DNA from: Mantamonas sphyraenae STR306
Lineage: Eukaryota; Protista; CRuMs
Length of the DNA stretch: 64,000 bases
Direction: 5' to 3'
Assembly (NCBI GenBank): GCA_026936335.1
Contig: JAPMXV010000035.1
Location: 186,001-250,000, forward strand
The position numbers and the translations under genes were made by a program. Positions within the stretch are counted from its first letter, which is position 1. Every line of letters starts with the position of its first letter. The notes under the pieces were generated by a model. It was not told the DNA's origin. It was given only the letters and a program-made list of their open reading frames with translations, and searched no databases. Shown piece after piece: positions 58,313 through 64,000 of the stretch.

Positions 58313-61300
58313 ATGGCACTCGGCTCTTTGCGTCAGAAGAACTACCATCTCCTGTGCAAACGAATTGGCTTTGGTATGTTGCGAGCGCTTTCAGCCATTG
58401 CCCCCCACCCACCACCCATCCGGGCATTGGCGGGGCCCGACGTGTCGCTGCCGCCAAACTCCCGCCATATCTCCAACCCGGCCATCGCGACAATGCCTCC
58501 ACCATACCCGTGTCCCATGTGGTCGCCCATGTGTGATCCAGGTCCCATGGTGTTCGGCGGGTCTTCCCTTTCAACCCTAATGCATGCTCCTTGTCCAGCA
58601 CAAAACACTGACGCAATCATCATCCCTCACAGCCGCCTTTGTCCTTGTTCTCGTACGTCCTCCACACACACGCACATACGCCGGGCTCCTCAGTTGCTCA
58701 CCCTCTCCAACCAATGTCCATTCACTGCTCCTGCGCGCGCACGTCCCATTCACAGGCATCCGTTGTATTTGCAGGTGTCTTTGTGTTCTTCCTCAACGAG
58801 GCCAACGTCTCCAAGAGCCTCAATGCGAACCAACCACTTGCTTTTGACCTCAGCGGCTGCTCCCTCCAGTTTCGCACCGCTCTACCAGGCTCCAGCCTGC
58901 TCCTCCGTGTGCACTACCACCTCCACCAGAATCCGACCCTCAACACCGATGGCAACGGCCTGGTTGTCACCGTGCGTTTTGCCAAGATCCCACAAACACA
59001 ACCCCCCTCCCTGCCCCCGACCCCATCCGCCCCCGCAACACCCTTTACCCTTACTCACCTCATCCCACCTCTACACTCTCCACCATCCAACCCATCTGTA
59101 GGATACACGCACCCAAGCAGATCGCACACGCGAGGCCCTCGAGTGTCTCGCCGTCGTTCACGTCCCGTCAGGCTCAACCCTGCCGAGCACAACCATCAAG
59201 TCCTCGGGCGAGCGCCCAGGCAATGTCAGCACAACCGCCGCTGCCCTCTCCTGGGGCTCCAATTCCCTCTCCTTCTCCGGCACGTTTGCCCCATCCCGCC
59301 TGACCGACCTGACCACAGGCCCTCTCGCTTTGTCCACCTCGGCTTCAGAGTTTGACCTCGACCGCGTCGATTTCGCCTCCCTTTCAGTCACCGCAGACCT
59401 CAGCACCATCAGCGTGCGCACCCAAAACTCCCTCAGCGCTTCCTACACAAAGCAACGCTCAGGCCAGGTTTGCCTTTCCTCCTCCCTCGCCACTCCCATC
59501 TCCTCCAGCTGTATCACAAACGCAAACATCACAAACTGTTCTGCCACAGCCACCGTCCAAGGCCCCTCAGGCTCCTCCCGCAACGTTTCCGCAACCCTTG
59601 CATCGTCATCCCTCTCCCTCTCCAGCCAGGCCCCTTCCACTCCCACCAAGGATCTCAAGGCCCTCGATGTCACAGATTTTGCCACCATTGACTTTGCTGC
59701 ACGTGATCGCGCTCTTCTCCTCGATCTGTTCCGAAATCCGCGACGCCACAAGCAACGTCGACCTCGTCGTCTTTAACATCCAAGGTGCCACCCCAAACCT
59801 CACCTGGTACTGGACCAAGAAGCAACTGTTCATGGAACTCGACTCTGCCTTCCTCTACGTCTCCTCCGCCTCTCTGCTCAGCCCAAACACGCGCACATTC
59901 AACCTCGGTCTCCTTCCAGCCGCCTGCCCGCAACCAGTCACAGCTGCCGACGGCTTTGCCAACCGGCTCTCCGTCTTCAATGCCATCAACTCTGTTGTTG
60001 GCGAACAAGTGGAGGGCCTCATTGCCTACAACAACGGCGAGCAGTTCCCCACTGCCATCGTGCGCGACGACGTCACAGGCGCCCTCATCGAACGCAAGCT
60101 CGACTTTTGGCTCGACACTTTCCTCAATCTCACCGTCCTTGTCTCGTTCGGCCTCGCCATCCTTGCCGCAGGTGGCGTCGTCTACGTCACGGGCTCGCAC
60201 CTGCGTGAGAACCTCGGCAAGCAGCTCGAAAAGGAACGCTTCGATCGCGAACGCCGCAAGAACATCCCTTACGAACCTCCTCATCACGATTGGACCATCC
60301 ATGCAGGCGGTTTCTTCAAGTGGATGGAGATTGCCGTCGCAGACATCATCGACGCCGAAAAGCGCAAGCAGAGTGTCAAGAACACTCAAACCGAGCAGGA
60401 GGTCATCGAGGTGGCCACCAGCGACTGGCAGGCTGCCCTCAAGAGTAACTGGATGGAGGACACTGAGCACTACCAATCGTGGAGACAGCGCGCTGCCGCA
60501 CGTCTCAAGGACGGCTGGACCTACTTCCTCCGCTCCTTCCTCACCATCCTGGCCACCCTGGTCCTGCCTCTCCCCTTTATGATCCTCGCTATGGTGTACA
60601 TCCTCGTGCCCAGCTTCAACCGCCAGTTTGAGATCCTCAACTTGATCACCATCTGCTTCGGCCTTCTCTTTGTCTTGGTCGCTGCTTTTGAGTACGCGCT
60701 CCACCTGTACAAGGTCACCCTCACGTGGCGCAAGGGCGTCCAACTCGTCTTCTACGTACTACTCTCCATCAGCTTGTTCTTCACCCTTGCCTACCTCCTC
60801 ATCATGTCGCTGTGGATCATCCTCGGTGTCATCATCAAACCCGACGTAGCCCTTCCGTACGCCGCAGCCATCATTGCCTTTTTCTCCCAGGGCGTCAACA
60901 CACGCCGACGTCTCGAGTCTCTGCGCAACACTGTCCTCACGACACTGCGGGACACCCTCAGCGGCTTCAACATCCAGGAAATCGAACCGCTGGCCGACGC
61001 CTTTGACACAGCGGTAGAGTCGTCTCGTGCAAATCTGCGCCACATTGCAGACGTGGCCGAGGAATCCAACATCCCTCTGCCCGGCCAGGTCACAGGCGCT
61101 CTCAGTGGCGCCGGCCTTGCCGTCGCAGCCGGCGTCGGCAGCAGCGACGGAAATGTTGCCAACAGTCAGGAAAAGTCGTCGCACGACATGGTTTCATCGT
61201 TGGTGGTCAAAGCCAACCTGGCCATGACGGGTGTCGAGCAGTTTACGCGTGTGGCGTATTCCCAACACCGTGTGCTCACACGCGTCATGGACATCACAAC

Positions 61301-64000
61301 CAGCGGCTTCGAAACGGGCTCCATGAAGTACGACACCATCCACAAGCTCATGCGCGAGGTAGCTCCGCTCGTTCTGCGAGACCAAACCGCCGTCGTGCGT
61401 GATCGCATGTACAGCATGGTCTTGGAGCTGCTGGATCACTCGCTTGGAGATCCACACGTCATCGACGGACTCAAGGACCGCCTGGACAGCACCATGGAGA
61501 TGTTTGTCAACAGCGCAATGCTTCCCGAAATGCAACGTGTGCTCACAAACAACGCACGCGGGTTTAGCGAAAAGGTCCTCGGACTGCTACTCGAAATCGA
61601 ACGCCCCAACGAAGATCGGGGCAACCGGCTCGGCATGCCTCCCACCGACCTGTCCATCATGCAGCAACGCCCTGCAGGGACTCCTTCGGCGCGACCAGGC
61701 ACTGCCTTTGGCAATGTCAACATGTTTGACGGCGCAGTCGACGGCGACGAGCAAGACGCAACCCCCGCCGTGCAGGCACCTATGCCCACTACCAACGATG
61801 TGTTTGACCCCCTCATCGAGGCGCGTTTGGACACACTGCTCAATAGCCAGTTCCCAAAGACCCTCATCAAAACCCTGATGGAGGATCTGCAGCAGCAAAT
61901 CAAGAACTCAGACAACTACCGGCCCTTTGTCGACGCCGCCAAACAGATTTGGGAGAAGCTGCAGCGTCGCCGCACGGGTGCAAGCTCCGTCAAGAAAAGC
62001 AACCACAAGAGCATCCGAGATATCATCATGGACACCATCTTCAAGTTCATGGGCCAGGCACCCGAGGAAATCTGGCGACTTGTACTCTCCGAAGTGCTCA
62101 TGCCCCAGGCGCGCGCCCACCAGTACTTCAAGTTGGCATCTGCAAGGGTGATGAAGAAGGTACTCATCGGCCAGCTGTACACATATACGTCGCCTGTCCT
62201 GCGTACCGTCACCTTTGACGCGCTCACTGCACTTCTGCAGGCCTTTCTCGAAGACAGCCAACTTCGTGTGGAAAAGATGGTGCGTGGCGTGTTTTCCACA
62301 GGGAGCTCGTACACCGTGGCGGAGGAGGGTGTGCAGGAGGTACTCGTGGACCTGATGTCCACGCTGCGCAACGGCAACAACACACGCTTCGACGGCAGCT
62401 GGGAAACGGTGATGGCCAAGCTTGGTGACGAGTTGAGCCAAGGTACCCCATACGAAGCTATGATCAAGGACAGCATTGCAGGCGAAATGCGCGTGCCCAT
62501 CGAGCTCCTGACCGCCTTGCACAAAATCATTGGCAAGCGCCAAGAGTCGCTCGGCATCGACAACCAGCAGTTTGCAACCCTTGTGCACAAGACCGCCGTA
62601 ACCAACTGGCCGCTTTGGTGGGGCGAGGATGACTCTTGGACGGTTGACCTCATGTACGACGTCGTCGCCGAGGTTGACGAAGCCAGCTTTGAAACGACGG
62701 TCCATGATCCGTTGGGACTGGAGGCCAATCGCATCATGCAAGATCGCCAAGAAGCCAAGTTGGGCGCCCTCCTACGCAAAAAGGCAGTCACAGTGGTGGC
62801 AAAGTCACTCGCCGCCGTGCTCCTCTTCAAGATGGACGAGTGTGTGGTTAGCAAGGACGGACGCGTGACAATCGCCCAAGGGTACACGTACAAGCCATAC
62901 GACTACATGTACGACTCCTCGGTGATGGAGCAAGTGGACCCTGCGCACGCACGCGACGTCCTGACCCCCATTGCAGAGTCGGCCATGATGAGCGTGGACG
63001 TGTCGCGGTGCATCTCTACGTCCGCGACGTTCGACTTTGAGTCGTCGCAGTCCATTGTTCAACAAGCATGTGAAATGGCCATTGCCGACATCTTTGAGGT
63101 GATCCTGCCACCGCTCATGCCGCAAGGCCGAAGTGCAGAGGAATCGTTTGTCAAGAACATCCGCGGTATCATCAACACGATGCTGGGCAACGACAACAGC
63201 ATCAACGGCGTTGCCACGACGCTGCGCACACTGACGCGCACACAGGCAACCCATTTCCAGACTGTGATGGAGGACAAGCTCAAGGAGCGCCTTGGTCGAA
63301 TCGTGGAGACAGCTCAGGCCGACTCGGACGTGGCTGTGCAAGCCATGAGCAGGCGTATCTGGACGGCACTGTTGCACCTGTGCTCCACCAAGTTGACCTC
63401 AGATGGCTCGGGGGCACTGCTCAGTGCACGGAAGGCGGCCCCGTCTGCCTCCGCAGGAGCCAGTGCACACCAGGTTGCCAGCGCTCTGGAGATGGCTGTG
63501 CTTGGAACACACAATCATGCAGACGAGGCAAAGGCGTTGGGCGACATGTTGCACCTGGATCTGTCCGCATTGGGAGGGCACGGCGCACATGTGGCTCATG
63601 CTCACGATCAATCTCCGGGAGAGGTGTTTGAAACGCTGTGGATGTGGCTGGAACTGGACAGTGTGCAGAGCAAGGCCAAGAACTTGCCAAAGCTCAAAAA
63701 GATTGACGACGCTACGCGGGCCAAGGTGCTGACCCAGTTGGTGGTGGATATCGGGGCGCACGTGCTGCATGAGATCGACAGCAACTTTCTCTTTACGCTG
63801 ATGGTGTCCACGGTCGCGGACGAGGACTCGTTTGCATTCGGTTCGCGCGATGCCGTTGCCTCCCACATGACCGAGCAAATCATCGGGTTTTTCCAGGACG
63901 CGTGGAAGAGCAAGCATGCAACGAGCACCAAGCTGCGGTCCAAGCTGCGTCCCATGCCCGCTTTGACCGTGAATCCAGGCTCCAGCCCCACGCTGGACGA
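58313..64000 (+). CDS. Very large membrane protein of unknown function, runs off the window
   Basis: S/T/N-glycan-site-rich ectodomain-like 5' part (exon structure uncertain). One frame appears open from ~59730 to 64000, with a TM cluster (LWIILGVIIKPDVALPYAAAI) and a long helical region. Confidence 0.65.

Noticed and set aside
15314-59780. Genome-wide programmed ribosomal frameshifting or RNA editing (about a dozen frame breaks, e.g. near 18030, 18920, 20873, 24040, 32230, 32478, 37172, 50415, 54650, 57735, 59730)
   Set aside because: Most are repaired by adding one base to a short homopolymer (GGCCCAAG, AGTCCGAG, CAGGGA, GGTAAGAA). Directions are mixed, there is no shared slippery or stop motif, and conserved genes such as Ars2 are affected. 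This is the signature of unpolished long-read indels; short-read polishing would settle it.

Overview
Very gene-dense, GC-rich nuclear DNA of a flagellated unicellular eukaryote. Short spliceosomal introns use donors GTAAGY/GTGAGT/GTACGT, a CTGAC-like branch and YAG acceptors, and CFAP221 implies a motile 9+2 axoneme. About 27 protein genes and 3 identical tRNA-Lys(CTT) genes are supported. Housekeeping genes: Lsm10-like, PNO1, RRP42, RFC3, CFAP221, bestrophin, Ars2/SERRATE, VPS11. Notable items: (i) a ~1.4 kb inverted repeat pair carrying tRNA-Lys, a small membrane-protein gene and the RRP42 5' end; (ii) an operon-like trio of GT34/DUF273-like glycosyltransferase, bacterial WbiB-type NDP-sugar epimerase (with an intron) and double-GT61 protein; (iii) a tandem array of type II membrane SAM methyltransferases; (iv) a PB1-aldehyde oxidase fusion; (v) an RNA capping enzyme whose guanylyltransferase domain lacks the catalytic Lys; (vi) a bleomycin hydrolase with a C-terminal extension ending in PTS1; (vii) three paralogous multi-TM proteins of unknown function; (viii) alternating G/C strand-skew domains independent of gene direction. 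Many single-base frame breaks fall in homopolymer runs and look like long-read indel errors. All family assignments come from motif recognition by eye, not database searches.
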